Shown in pieces: positions 1 to 11,330 of a DNA stretch of 64,000 nucleotides; within the stretch, counting starts at the first letter, position 1, and every line of letters starts with the position of its first letter. The DNA is taken from positions 18,042,001 through 18,106,000 of the forward strand of contig JBHGNT010000006.1 of NCBI GenBank assembly GCA_043228905.1. Direction: 5' to 3'. Position numbers and translations under genes: made by a program. The notes under the pieces were generated by a model, which was not told the origin of the DNA, ran no database searches, and saw only the letters and a list, made by a program, of their open reading frames with translations. This DNA is from Azolla caroliniana. Its lineage: Eukaryota > Plantae > Polypodiophyta.

Positions 1-1
1 C

Positions 2-556
2 GGTTTAGAAGCGGTCATGCCGGTAGAGTTCCAGATCCCCAGCTTACGAATTCAGGTGAAGGAGCGCTTAAGTGAGAACGAGTCCGAACGAATCCGGCTG
101 GCAACGTTGTTGGAATTAGAAGAAAACTGAATAGCCAGCTTACTACAACTCGAACTGGAGCAAAGGAGGAGAAAAGCTTTCGTGGACCGACACCAGCGTG
201 GCAATGAAAAGGAGTTCGAAGTCGGGAAACCGGTGCTACTATTCCAGACACGGATGGGGAACATGCCGGGAAAGTTGCGGTTTCGATGGACCGGACCGTT
301 CTGGATCACCAAGGAGTACAATGGGTCGTATCAGCTCGGCACCTAGTCTGGAGATGTCATCGGCAAGTGGGCAAATGGATTTCGGCTAAAGCCGTATAAG
401 GGAAATATGCCAGCAAACCCGTTAAAGCAAAACCCGGAAATCCGGCAAGATGAAGAACCGGCACCGATATGGACAAAGTCGATCCCGGAAAACCGACAGA
501 AGGATCCGGTATCCACACGAACCGACCCGAACAAATCGGGGGGGACCAGCAAATGA
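2..556 (+). pseudogene. 3' end of Ty3/gypsy integrase (element A), decayed
   Basis: Frame 2 reads GLEAVMPVEFQIPSLRI...FEVGKPVLLF...GKLRFRWTGPFWITKEYNGSYQL...NGFRLKPY, a typical integrase C-terminus with GPF motif; two in-frame stops; truncated by the window start. Confidence 0.85.
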
Positions 557-1335
557 CGTGGTCCAAACAAAGAAAAAAAAAGAAAAAAGAAAAAGAAAAA
601 AAGAAGACGTGGGCAAAATCGACGCGAATCATAGTAATGATGGGGAGATCACAAGAGGTGGGAGCGCCACCATGCAACGAAGAGGCGCCATGCATTAAAG
701 AAGGACGTGCACGTACTTGCTATTTAAAGCATGGAACGTGGGCACTCACACGCGGTAAACAAGAAAGGATATACTAATTATGGCGGGAGAGGAACATGCG
801 CGGGAAACGAAAAAGGGCGGCTCGAGGCAAAAGCCACTATATAAGACACAGGCCTGCGAAGGGCTCACTTTTTACGAATTTTCCTACATACAGGCGCAGA
901 AGCACAGAAGAGCGACCCGACGCACAGAGCACACACAGCGCGATCCCGAACAACAGGCAGCAGAAGAAGAATTCGAAACAATGGTACTGTCGGAAGAAGC
1001 ACGCCAATGGATGAGGGAGAACGGGTTAAAAGGATTGTTGCGGATCGCCGACGCTCCACCACACGCAGAACCAGAGCAGGCGGCAGCATCAATCGATATA
1101 TCAGAAGTCACGGAAGGAGCGGTGCAGGCGCTCACGGGGATAAAAGCAGGAGGACTTCAAACAATCGAAAACCCTTCAAGTGAGATCCTGTTCGAATATT
1201 TCGATGAGTACTCTATCAGCAGCAAGGCGTACCGAACGCAGGGCGGAGAGAACCTGCTGTTCGGAGAAGTGGCCCGCGCCATGATGGAATACGGATTCGT
1301 GAATCCCCGTCCCTCGGCCAAAGCCAAGTACCGGG

Positions 1336-2084
1336 TGTGAAAGTGTTTTTAGAATCTAAGCCATTGAACATTAGGAGAATATAAAGTATAGATAATTCAC
1401 CTTTTGAGGATAAGAACACGAACTAAGACCTTAGGGAAGAAGTCAAAAGTAAAAGTACGAGACCAAGAGAAAAGTAAAAAGAGAAAACGCAGACTATAAA
1501 AAACAGTAAAAATAGAATGGTCATAACTCCCTCGTTGTTTATCCAAATATCACGTTTAAATATGGATTAGAAAGCTTGTAAAAAGAGCTTTCTATAGCTT
1601 TTTAAATCGCTTAATTTGGATATCGGATGAGGGAGATATGACGATTAGAAGGTCGATGTGTCATAGCTAAAAATAGGGAGATAAAAAGCTTCTAAAAATA
1701 GCATGAACGTGGATAAGAAGAGGAAGGTTATAAAAGAAGAAGTGATATTAGTGAGGAGGGGGGCTAAGAGTGAAGGCCAAAGAGTGGATGAGGAGTGTTA
1801 GGAAGAAGTGTCTTTGTGGAAGAGGAAGTGTCTTAGAAGAGGAAGGTCTTTGGTTTTAGTTCAATGTGGAGTTTGTCTCCTTTGTATTCTCTTGATGTTG
1901 GAATATCAGAACATTCTTATTTCTTGCTCGCTTTCTCTATCTTTTTTCTTAGTTTCTTGAGTTATACTCTCTAATCATAATTACCTAGAGCTATATAATA
2001 TATTATGATTTTCAACTCCATCTAATCGGTTTGGTCAAGCCCTCATATAGTGTATAACTATCTATTATCTTATAAACCCTATCA
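1336..2084 (+). repeat. 5' LTR of Tat-like element
   Basis: Direct repeat of 7594-8342; TGTGA...TATCA termini. Confidence 0.96.
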
Positions 2085-2172
2085 TTTTGGTGCTCCAGGG
2101 AGGGCGGATCCTTTCCGTATAGGAGGGAGAACTTATCATTTAATTGTGTTACTATATTACATTAACTTAGCT

Positions 2173-5100
2173 ATGCAATTTGCATTTTCAGGTGAAAGAA
2201 CACAAGATGCGGGTGCCTTTTTGGCATCTTTTGAGCATCATGCTGTCTCTATTGGACGCATCACCGACAATGAGAAGTTACCTTTATTAGTAGCTACATT
2301 CTATGGTCGAGCTCGAGATTGGTATGACTCTCTTCCTCCAAACCAACAGGGAGCATATCAATTGTTGGTGCACCAGTTTCGTGCCAAATATATTCAACGA
2401 CGAAGTGCAACCGAAGTAAGGGAAGAGCTATTTCGACTAAAGATGGAATCACCAATTGGTTTCACTGAGTATGAAAGAAATTTCAAGGATTTGTGGACTA
2501 CATGGATTCGTCTTCGTGGCGGCACTGAAGACGAGTGGTTTAAAATGGAACGATTCAAGATGGGTCTTGATATGTATTTCCGTTTGGAAGCAAACTTGAA
2601 GGATCCCACATCGTTTCAAGCTCTTATCCAAGTTTGTCAAGCTTATGATCGACAAGTGAAGATGATGAGCTCCTTGGGGGATCCCCAAATGACGGCTTTG
2701 GGTGCAAATTTGATGCCTCGTGCCAACTTTCAAGCCTCATCTTCAATTGTGCATGGGGGACAAGTGTTTCCAAATGTGTATACCACCACAACAATAAACC
2801 CAACAAGTATATCCCAAGAAGTTGAACAAGTGAGGAGTGAACAAGATACCATGGCATTGGTAAATCGGCGCTTTGATGAAGTGATGACCCACTTGCGACA
2901 ATCCCAAGCAATTCACAACACTATTCCCGATGGTGGTGGCTCTAGAGGGCATCACGGTGTAATTTGTTATTCTTGTCAAGAGGAGGGACACATCTCAACA
3001 AGATGTCCTCATCGACAACAAAGAGGCATGGGAAGAGGCATTTATCAAGTGCAAAGGAATGGACAACGACCTAACAACAATGAAGTCGAAGGAAACGTAA
3101 CACTCCCTATGGCTCAGGTTCCTACAATTCCTCATAATGTGAATCTTCTTAATTTTATTGATGATAGTGATAATTCTTTTGAAGTAGCTCCTGTGAAAAG
3201 GACAAGGTCCTCGCAAAAGGAGAAAGAAGTTGAAGGAGAATCTAGTGCCTCAAGACAAAAGAAGAAGTCTAAGGAGAATGAGAAAGAGGAAAAATTGAGA
3301 AGGAGACACTCTAGAAGAAAGATCAAGATGGAGGACATTCCTATGGGTGAAGGTGTAGAAGCTTTCAATTTGAAGCACGAGTTGATTTCAAGTGGACCAA
3401 GGATAACATGGCCGCAACTTCTCCAATTATCTCCCACATTACGAAAGGAGTGGGGGCGACTTGCAAGTATTCGCCAAAGTCGGAAGACTGTGCATTATGT
3501 GGGAATCGTGCGAGTAGAAGATCGAAAGGACATACGACCCACCATCCCCGTCTCCATCAAAGGGTTTCACATCAAAGATGCGTTGGTTGATAGTGGTGCT
3601 AGAGTAAGCTTGATTTCTGAATTTGTGGTAAACAAAGTGGGAATTCCTATAAGTAGGTCATCTTCGGCAAGAGTGGCTGTAGCCGATGGTGGAGTGGTCC
3701 ATTGCATTGGCATAGTGGAGGATGTTGTCATCAAGTGTTTTGGGGTAAGCATTTCCATGGATTTTCATGTAATACCACTAAAAGGACCGTCATATTCTTT
3801 GGTACTAGGACGACCATGGATGCAAGAACTCAATGTTGTCCAAGATTGGAGCAAAGGTTTGATGACCATAACGCCATCAAAAGGAGTGAGCATACATTAT
3901 GATATGCGGCAACAAAGACTTATTGAGAAAGAAGAAGATGGAATAACTGAATATGATAGTGGGTCCGCATATGAAAGTGATGAAAGTGAAGATTCCTCGT
4001 CAGAATGGGAAATGACCACATCATATGCCGTTTTGAAGGAAGAAGATGATGAAGGAGGTTTAATTACTATGGAGCAAAAAGAGAAGATGATTTCTAAAGA
4101 TCTTAAAGGGCAAGAGAGGCAACAATTTATTAATTTGATTTCTGAATTTCCTAACCTTTTCATTAGTGATTATGCTCATATTAGGGGTGTAGATGTCATC
4201 CAACATCACATAAATCTAAAGGAGGGTACAACTCCCGTTGCGCAAAAGTTGCGAAGGCTAGGTCACGTGCAAAAGGAGGCCTTATTAAAGGAAGTCAAAG
4301 CTTTGTTGCGTGCACAATTCATTTACCCAGTGGAAGATTCTGAATGGGTTTCGCCCATTGTGGTGGTACCTAAAAAGAATGGAAAATGGAGGGTTTGTGT
4401 TGATTACAAACCTCTAAATGCGGCTACCAAGAGGGATCACTTTCCTCTCCCTTTCCAAGAGGAAATATTAGATGAAATTGCGGGTCATGAAATGTACTCT
4501 GTTTGTGATGGCTATTCAGGTTATTTTCAAATTCGTATTGCGGAAGAGGATCAAAAGAAGACGACATTCATCACTCCATGGGGATGCTTTGCATATCGAT
4601 GCATGCCCTTTGGACTCACAAATGCTGTTTTTACATTTAATCGTCTTGCTATTCATGTATTCCAACCATTCTTTGGAAAGTTTGTTAGAGTCTTTATGGA
4701 TGACTTTGCAATTTATAGTAGCAGGAAAGACCATTTGGAAAAGGTTCGCTTGGCATTCAAAAGATTGGAGGAATGCAAAATGCAACTCAACCCAGAGAAG
4801 TGTCACATAGGTGAAAAGGAGGTGGTGATGCTTGGTCATGTGGTGTCTCAAGAAGGAATCAAAGTTGATAGCTCAAAGATTGAAGCAATTCAAAAGATGA
4901 CAACACCCACGAGTATCAAAGATTTGGAGGTATTTGTTCAAAAAGTTCGTTACTTTGAACGATTCATTCATATGTTGGCCCAAATTCTCTATCCTTTTCG
5001 CATTATTCTTCGCACCAACAACTTCTTATGGACATCTACAACTGAAGAGCAATATGTAAGAATAAAAGAACTATTATGTAATGCTCCTATTCTAAAGCCA

Positions 5101-7332
5101 CCTGATAGAACATCTACCTTCTTTCTTTCTCTTAGTGTTGGATCTCATGCTATAGGAGCCATTCTTATGCAACAAGATTCTGAAAATAGGCTTATGCATC
5201 CTATATATTTTATTAGTAAAGCCATGTCTGATGTAGAGAAAGAATTCTTAGAAGTAGAAAAGTGGATGTTAGCTCTTATATATGCTTGTAAAAAGTTTAG
5301 AAGCTTTCTACTACCTCATCATTTTGTAATAATCACTAGCATGTCATTACTCCCATATGTACTCCAACATGTGAGCATTTCAGCACGAATTGCTAAATGG
5401 GCTCTACTATTGGCGGAGTTTGATTTTGAAGTCAAATTGGAATCAACTATGCGTGCCGAATTGGCGGATCTTCTCACCTTTAGAGAAACCTTTCATGAAG
5501 AAGACTTGGTAAAGCTACGAAAGGCACTTCCCGAGCCAGATATGGAGGATGCATTCACCTTATTCTTTGATGGGGCATTTCGCAAAGCCACAAACATAGC
5601 CGTGGGTGGGATTATTCTCAAGGATCCTCAAGGAGACAGAGTAAAAAGTGAAGGTATTACATTAAGTGGTGTGAATTCAAATAATGAAGCGGAGTATGCT
5701 ACCTTGTGTTATGGTCTTCGTCTATGTAAAGCTATGAAGATAAAAAGATTAATTCTTAAGGGTGATTCCTTATTGGTAATTAAACAAATTCAAGGCAATT
5801 GGAAATGTCAAAGTGATGGGCTTAGAAATTTTTATAAAGAAGCAATGAGTCTACTAAGGTCTTTTGAAAAGATACAGGTTAAGCATGTGGGGAGATTATA
5901 CAATAAAGAAGCGGATGCATTAGCTCAAGCCCAATTAGATAAGATCAAGGAAGGTTTCGTTGGTGTTTTGGAGACGTGCAAAGATGTAGACTCCCTAGAG
6001 GAAGTACATAATTTTCTTAATAAAGGAGAGTTTCCAAATAACCTCAATGCTTTGCAAAGAAAGCGTTTGGTGGCAAAGGCTTCACAATATCATTTGGTGG
6101 GTGAAGATTTGTACAACAAAGGGAAAGATGGAGTTTTACGAAGAGTTCCTAACAAAAGCGAGATTATAAAGATACTCTTTAAGTTGCATGAAGAAGTTTG
6201 TGGTGGGCATTTAGCCCATGATATAATGATAAGAAAGATTTTACTAATTGGTTTTACATGGCCTACTATCCATAGGGATGTGCATGATTGGTGTAGATCT
6301 TGTGATGCATGTCAAAAAGCGGGAATAAGACATCTACAAAGTGGACCTTTACAACCCATTGTGGTGTTTGCTCCATTCGAGAAATGGGGAATTGATGCAG
6401 TAGGACCTCTTCCGAAAACTCAACATGGTAAAGAGTTTATTTTGGTGGCCATTGACTACATGACAAAGTGGGTGGAAGCTATAGCAACTTCCTCGATTAA
6501 AGCCAAAGATGTAGCCCAATTTGTGTATAAGAATATTTGTACTAGATTTGGAGTTCCCATGGAGATTGTATCCGATCATGGACCCGGTTTTAGGAGTGAA
6601 ATGTTAGCTTGTCTATTAAGCAAGTTGAAGATTAAGCATCGATATTCAACGCCTTATTATCCTCAAGCAAATGGTGCAGTTGAGAAAGTGAATGGGCTTA
6701 TAGTGAAGAATTTGACAAAGTTAGTGCAAGACAAAGTAAGAACATGGGATAGGTATTTGGATGATACTCTTTGGGCTTATAGAGTTTCTTATAAATCCTC
6801 CACAGGTTTTACTCCTTTTTATTTGGTTTATGGAAAAGAAGCGTTACTTCCGATCGAACTTGAGATCAAAAGTAATAGACTAATGGAGGCATCGCATCGC
6901 TCAAAAGGAAATGATGTGATGAGTCGTTTAGCGAGCAACCATCTACTACAATATTCAAGAGAAGAAGCTGTGGAGCATTACTTAAATCAAGCAATGAAGA
7001 GAAAGGAGGCATATGACAAAAAACACAAGGGCAACCACATTGAAGAAGGATCATTGGTTCTTAGGTATGATAATAGATATGATTATATTCAAGGACAAAA
7101 GCTTGATAATAAGTGGGAAGGACCCTTTGTGGTTCACAAAAAGTATGACAACAGAAGTTACCAATTGAAAGATGTGGATGGAGCACTTCATTCTTATCGA
7201 GTGAACGGATGGCGCCTTAAAAAGTATGTAACTCGGGGACCTACTTATATTCCCCAAGTTACTAATGATATTGTTGATACGGATGGATGGGAGCAAGAAG
7301 TGGACTTGTTTCCCCATACATTATTTTCTTAA
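2173..7332 (+). CDS. Gag-Pol polyprotein (gag, CCHC, protease, RT, degenerate RNase H, archaeal-type RNase H, integrase)
   Basis: Single ORF; first ATG after the PBS is at 2173. Motifs CYSCQEEGHISTRC, LVDSGA, FMDD, FFDGAF...NNEAEY...GDSLLV...NKEADALA, HHCC zinc finger, DDE core, GPF. Confidence 0.95.
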   Translation: MQFAFSGERTQDAGAFLASFEHHAVSIGRITDNEKLPLLVATFYGRARDWYDSLPPNQQGAYQLLVHQFRAKYIQRRSATEVREELFRLKMESPIGFTEYERNFKDLWTTWIRLRGGTEDEWFKMERFKMGLDMYFRLEANLKDPTSFQALIQVCQAYDRQVKMMSSLGDPQMTALGANLMPRANFQASSSIVHGGQVFPNVYTTTTINPTSISQEVEQVRSEQDTMALVNRRFDEVMTHLRQSQAIHNTIPDGGGSRGHHGVICYSCQEEGHISTRCPHRQQRGMGRGIYQVQRNGQRPNNNEVEGNVTLPMAQVPTIPHNVNLLNFIDDSDNSFEVAPVKRTRSSQKEKEVEGESSASRQKKKSKENEKEEKLRRRHSRRKIKMEDIPMGEGVEAFNLKHELISSGPRITWPQLLQLSPTLRKEWGRLASIRQSRKTVHYVGIVRVEDRKDIRPTIPVSIKGFHIKDALVDSGARVSLISEFVVNKVGIPISRSSSARVAVADGGVVHCIGIVEDVVIKCFGVSISMDFHVIPLKGPSYSLVLGRPWMQELNVVQDWSKGLMTITPSKGVSIHYDMRQQRLIEKEEDGITEYDSGSAYESDESEDSSSEWEMTTSYAVLKEEDDEGGLITMEQKEKMISKDLKGQERQQFINLISEFPNLFISDYAHIRGVDVIQHHINLKEGTTPVAQKLRRLGHVQKEALLKEVKALLRAQFIYPVEDSEWVSPIVVVPKKNGKWRVCVDYKPLNAATKRDHFPLPFQEEILDEIAGHEMYSVCDGYSGYFQIRIAEEDQKKTTFITPWGCFAYRCMPFGLTNAVFTFNRLAIHVFQPFFGKFVRVFMDDFAIYSSRKDHLEKVRLAFKRLEECKMQLNPEKCHIGEKEVVMLGHVVSQEGIKVDSSKIEAIQKMTTPTSIKDLEVFVQKVRYFERFIHMLAQILYPFRIILRTNNFLWTSTTEEQYVRIKELLCNAPILKPPDRTSTFFLSLSVGSHAIGAILMQQDSENRLMHPIYFISKAMSDVEKEFLEVEKWMLALIYACKKFRSFLLPHHFVIITSMSLLPYVLQHVSISARIAKWALLLAEFDFEVKLESTMRAELADLLTFRETFHEEDLVKLRKALPEPDMEDAFTLFFDGAFRKATNIAVGGIILKDPQGDRVKSEGITLSGVNSNNEAEYATLCYGLRLCKAMKIKRLILKGDSLLVIKQIQGNWKCQSDGLRNFYKEAMSLLRSFEKIQVKHVGRLYNKEADALAQAQLDKIKEGFVGVLETCKDVDSLEEVHNFLNKGEFPNNLNALQRKRLVAKASQYHLVGEDLYNKGKDGVLRRVPNKSEIIKILFKLHEEVCGGHLAHDIMIRKILLIGFTWPTIHRDVHDWCRSCDACQKAGIRHLQSGPLQPIVVFAPFEKWGIDAVGPLPKTQHGKEFILVAIDYMTKWVEAIATSSIKAKDVAQFVYKNICTRFGVPMEIVSDHGPGFRSEMLACLLSKLKIKHRYSTPYYPQANGAVEKVNGLIVKNLTKLVQDKVRTWDRYLDDTLWAYRVSYKSSTGFTPFYLVYGKEALLPIELEIKSNRLMEASHRSKGNDVMSRLASNHLLQYSREEAVEHYLNQAMKRKEAYDKKHKGNHIEEGSLVLRYDNRYDYIQGQKLDNKWEGPFVVHKKYDNRSYQLKDVDGALHSYRVNGWRLKKYVTRGPTYIPQVTNDIVDTDGWEQEVDLFPHTLFS

Positions 7333-7593
7333 TAGTCCATATTGTAGACCCATCTTTCTCTCTATTAACAAAGAGGAAGATGGTAATAGTGATTATCTTT
7401 TTTATTTGTAGAGAATGTGAGGTTTTTCCTACCGATTAGCGGGGGTTTTACTCACATCTTTTTATTTTCTTTTTATTATATCTCTCTCATTGTCTATAGC
7501 CAAGAGATTGGCGAGAGAGCTTTTGTTTGTTAAGTACTGCCAATAAGTGCTTCGCCATAAATGGCTTAGCCTCTAACAAGGGGGAGGGCTAAA

Positions 7594-8342
7594 TGTGAAA
7601 GTGTTTTTAGAATCTAAGCCATTGAACATTAGGAGAATATAAAGTATAGATAATTCACCTTTTGAGGATAAGAACACGAACTAAGACCTTAGGGAAGAAG
7701 TCAAAAGTAAAAGTACGAGACCAAGAGAAAAGTAAAAAGAGAAAACGCAGACTATAAAAAACAGTAAAAATAGAATGGTCATAACTCCCTCGTTGTTTAT
7801 CCAAATATCACGTTTAAATATGGATTAGAAAGCTTGTAAAAAGAGCTTTCTATAGCTTTTTAAATCGCTTAATTTGGATATCGGATGAGGGAGATATGAC
7901 GATTAGAAGGTCGATGTGTCATAGCTAAAAATAGGGAGATAAAAAGCTTCTAAAAATAGCATGAACGTGGATAAGAAGAGGAAGGTTATAAAAGAAGAAG
8001 TGATATTAGTGAGGAGGGGGGCTAAGAGTGAAGGCCAAAGAGTGGATGAGGAGTGTTAGGAAGAAGTGTCTTTGTGGAAGAGGAAGTGTCTTAGAAGAGG
8101 AAGGTCTTTGGTTTTAGTTCAATGTGGAGTTTGTCTCCTTTGTATTCTCTTGATGTTGGAATATCAGAACATTCTTATTTCTTGCTCGCTTTCTCTATCT
8201 TTTTTCTTAGTTTCTTGAGTTATACTCTCTAATCATAATTACCTAGAGCTATATAATATATTATGATTTTCAACTCCATCTAATCGGTTTGGTCAAGCCC
8301 TCATATAGTGTATAACTATCTATTATCTTATAAACCCTATCA
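7594..8342 (+). repeat. 3' LTR of Tat-like element
   Basis: Direct repeat of 1336-2084, preceded by PPT and followed by TSD. Confidence 0.96.
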
Positions 8343-10940
8343 CCGGGCAGTGTTCTTAATAGCAGCGTACGAAGGCTTACAAATAGATTGGCTCCATTTC
8401 ATAACCGAAGGATTGAAGGAGGCCATCAAAAATCTTGTGGAAGGAAAAAAGCCATGGGCCGGGATAGCACAATGGCTAACGGTGTTAGTCCCACCGGTGC
8501 TCCCCATCACACAAAAGAAAAGAGGTTGGCAGGAGACGACGCCGAAAAAGGTCACAAAGCGCCGACAGATCTTGGAGAAACACACCCCCGGATGGACCCA
8601 GCAAGAAGCAGAACAGCAGGGGGAAGGACCATCCCGACAGCAACAGGAACCGGCAACAAAGGCAAAACCGGCAGGTAAAGGCAAAGGGAAATCGGTCGAG
8701 GAGGAACCGGTAGCGCGCAAACCAATCCATATAACGTTGCGACGGCCGGAACCGGAACCGGAGGACTTTATACAAAAGGTCCGTCTGGTAACCGCACCGG
8801 AGGAGGAAGCTGAAACAGAAGACTCATCCGAACCACTGGTAAGACTCCCAGCAAGACAAGGTCGGGAGAAATGGGCGAAAGGACCGGCTCCACCAGTGGA
8901 CAGAACTTAGCAGAGGGCGCAAGGACCATCTCCAGTAGCCGAGGCGGAAACAGCACCGGAACCCGTACCGAGGGAAGCAGCACCGACACCGGTTGGGCCG
9001 GACTTCAGAAAACCGGTCATCCCAGAGAAGAAGACGGAACAAGCGTCGGAGCCAGAGAAAAGTCCGGAAAAACAGCCTGAGTTAAGTGAGCAAGGCCACC
9101 CCGACACAGGAAGAACAAAGCCACAATGGCTGAGATGGCTTTCGGAGCAGTTATCGGGAGTAGCGGACCAGTTAGAAAAAGAAGAAACGTGTAGGCAACA
9201 GCTGACGCATACAACAACTCAGAAGTTGGTCGCGCTCCGAACACAGATCGAGGAAATGCAAGGGGAGCTATTGCAGGCAAGGGAAGGAATTCAACAAGCA
9301 CAGGTTGTCACCGAGCCGGTCGGGACAACAAGGAAGCAACCAGAACCGGAACCGGAACCGGTAGCCTTGCAAACCGGCCCTGAGACCGAAAAAATAATAG
9401 AAACCTTACGAGAGGAGTTAAAAGCTCAGGAGGAATTAAGGGAAAGAGAAAGGGAGCAGCGGAAAGCGGTGGAGGACGACAGACGAAAAATGGAAGAAGG
9501 CCTCCGGAAAGGTCGAGCCGCTAATGACCGACTGGAAGAAGAAAAAGAGAAGCTGCAAAAGGAGGAGGACCGACTACGTCGACATGCCGAGCAAGAGATA
9601 GAACGACTGCAGGAAGAACTCCGACAACAAAAGGACGGGGACGATCGGTTAAGAGCTCAGGCAAACCGACGCCTGAAGCAGAAGACGGAGGACTTCGACC
9701 GTCTCTACCGAGATCACAAGCAGGCCGAGTCGGACAACAAGAAACGGGCAGCAGACTACGACCGGCAAATAGAGAAGCTGAAAGAACAGCTCAAAGAGAC
9801 CCGATTAGACCTGGCTAAGGCAATGTATGAGGTCAGTGCCACAAAGGAAGCATTGTCGGCGGAAATAGCCCAAGCGACGGAGAGAAGGAAGGAATTAGAG
9901 GCGCTAAGGCGGGAAAAGCTGGACCTGACCAAGATCAGGAATGAAGAAAAGGAAAAATCGACCTTCACGATCAGCAAACTGTAAAGTACCTATGAAAAGC
10001 AGAAAGCGGATTACGAGGCCCAGGCTCAGATAATGGCCGACATTATAAAACGGGCAAGGAAGGAAAAGCAGGAAGCTTATGCGCATGCTAAGGTAGGGGT
10101 TGACCGGATGAAGCTCATCATGTCAGGATGGAGTACCCGAGCTCAGGCAAGCATCAACGAAAATACGGAAAAGCTATGGAAGGAGTGGTCACAACAGGCA
10201 GCCGAGCTGCAGACACTCCGAGCGGATGCCGAGAATCGGAGGAAGACCGGTGACAAGTTCTAAAAAATGGATGAAGAAAGTATCGTCGCCATTCGGGAAG
10301 AATTGTCAGAGGATTTCTACACTTTAGCAGAAGAACACCTCAAAGAAATCCGAGGGTTGGTAGAGAGGTTGGATGACGGGCAGCTCGCAACTCAGTTGGA
10401 GTTGGAGAGATATGAGCAGGACCGGTTACGACAGGAAGCTAAGGGAAGAACGACGCCAACCACTATTGGTGAGGGAACGCGACCGGCTGAAGTTGAACCA
10501 ACCGACACCGAACAACCCCGACGAGGAATACCCGAAGAAGAACTTGAAGAAGAGCAGGAGCAGACCGATGCCGGAGAAGAAGAAGAGCTGAGACCGGAAG
10601 ACACCAGAGCAGAGGAAGGAGGCATATCGAGCCGACCAGTCGAGATCGGAGAAAGTGACAATGGTAACAGAACAGAGCCAGGAACGGAGGGAGAACAGGA
10701 AGAACCCGGACGAAGCGGTGAGGAAGCACCGGCACCACAGAATCAAGCAGAGCCTGAGCAGCAAATTTTTACGGAACAGCCCACCCAACCGGAGGTCGGA
10801 GACCAGGCAGGCAAGAAACAGGAACAGGAGGAAGAAGCACCACTTGACACCATCGAGCAGAGTGTGCTCGATATTTTGGAGGAAGACTGAGGCCGGGAGT
10901 GGATTCGAAGTGCAAGGCACTTTCCCACGGGCGTGCCATG

Positions 10941-11330
10941 TGTTGGCCGGTCAGAAGAGCAAGGACAAGTGGGAAGGCGGAGTCGGATCGGATAATAGGA
11001 AGTAAATAATAGTAGAATTATTATTCAGAGGGACGGATCCGGTACAGTTGTACCGATCCGGATCCGGACCGATTCGGATGTCGGTTGCCTAAGCGCACCG
11101 ATTGTAACCTTGCCGGATGCCTATAAAAGGATCCGATGATTTGTAAAGGGTTTGGACGGAAGTAATACAATAGTAATTATTGCGTGTTTATCTGTATCTC
11201 GTATTGTTTACCGTCTGTGCTTAATTGTAATCATCTTACGCGTGTAACCTAGCATCCAATCCTTACCACCCCTTTGGAGAAGTGTCGGATAGACACCTGT
11301 GTTGAGGCTAGTCCGGCCAGACAGACAACA
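10941..11330 (+). repeat. Probable 3' LTR of element A
   Basis: TGTTG...CAACA termini, internal TATAAAA near 11122, directly after the extra ORF; the partner LTR is outside the window. Confidence 0.6.

Larger units (their letters stand above)
1336..8342 (+). mobile_element. Intact Ty3/gypsy LTR retrotransposon, Tat-like (additional archaeal-type RNase H)
   Basis: 749-bp LTRs 1336-2084 and 7594-8342 (TG...CA) with no difference seen by eye; 5-bp TSD CCGGG (1331-1335, 8343-8347); PBS TGGTGCTCCAGGGAGG after the 5' LTR; PPT AAGGGGGAGGG at 7578-7588. Confidence 0.97.
780..10890 (+). pseudogene. Extra 3' ORF of element A (~1030 codons; globular N-terminus, long coiled coil, acidic tail), split by nested element 1336-8342
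   Basis: Removing 1336-8347 joins ...AKAKYR to AVFLIAAYEG... in frame. ORFs 8308-8910, 9226-9984, 10033-10263 and 10267-10890 share one frame and are separated only by single TAG/TAA stops. Confidence 0.8.

Noticed and set aside
2050-2172. ORF-track start of the 1760-aa polyprotein at GTG 2050
   Set aside because: It begins inside the LTR and crosses the PBS; the same peptide starts the 8308 ORF. The real start is more likely ATG 2173.
9226-9984. Coiled-coil ORF as a host myosin/SMC-like gene
   Set aside because: It is intronless, in frame with neighbouring ORF pieces and lies between integrase and an LTR, so it is part of the retroelement's extra ORF.
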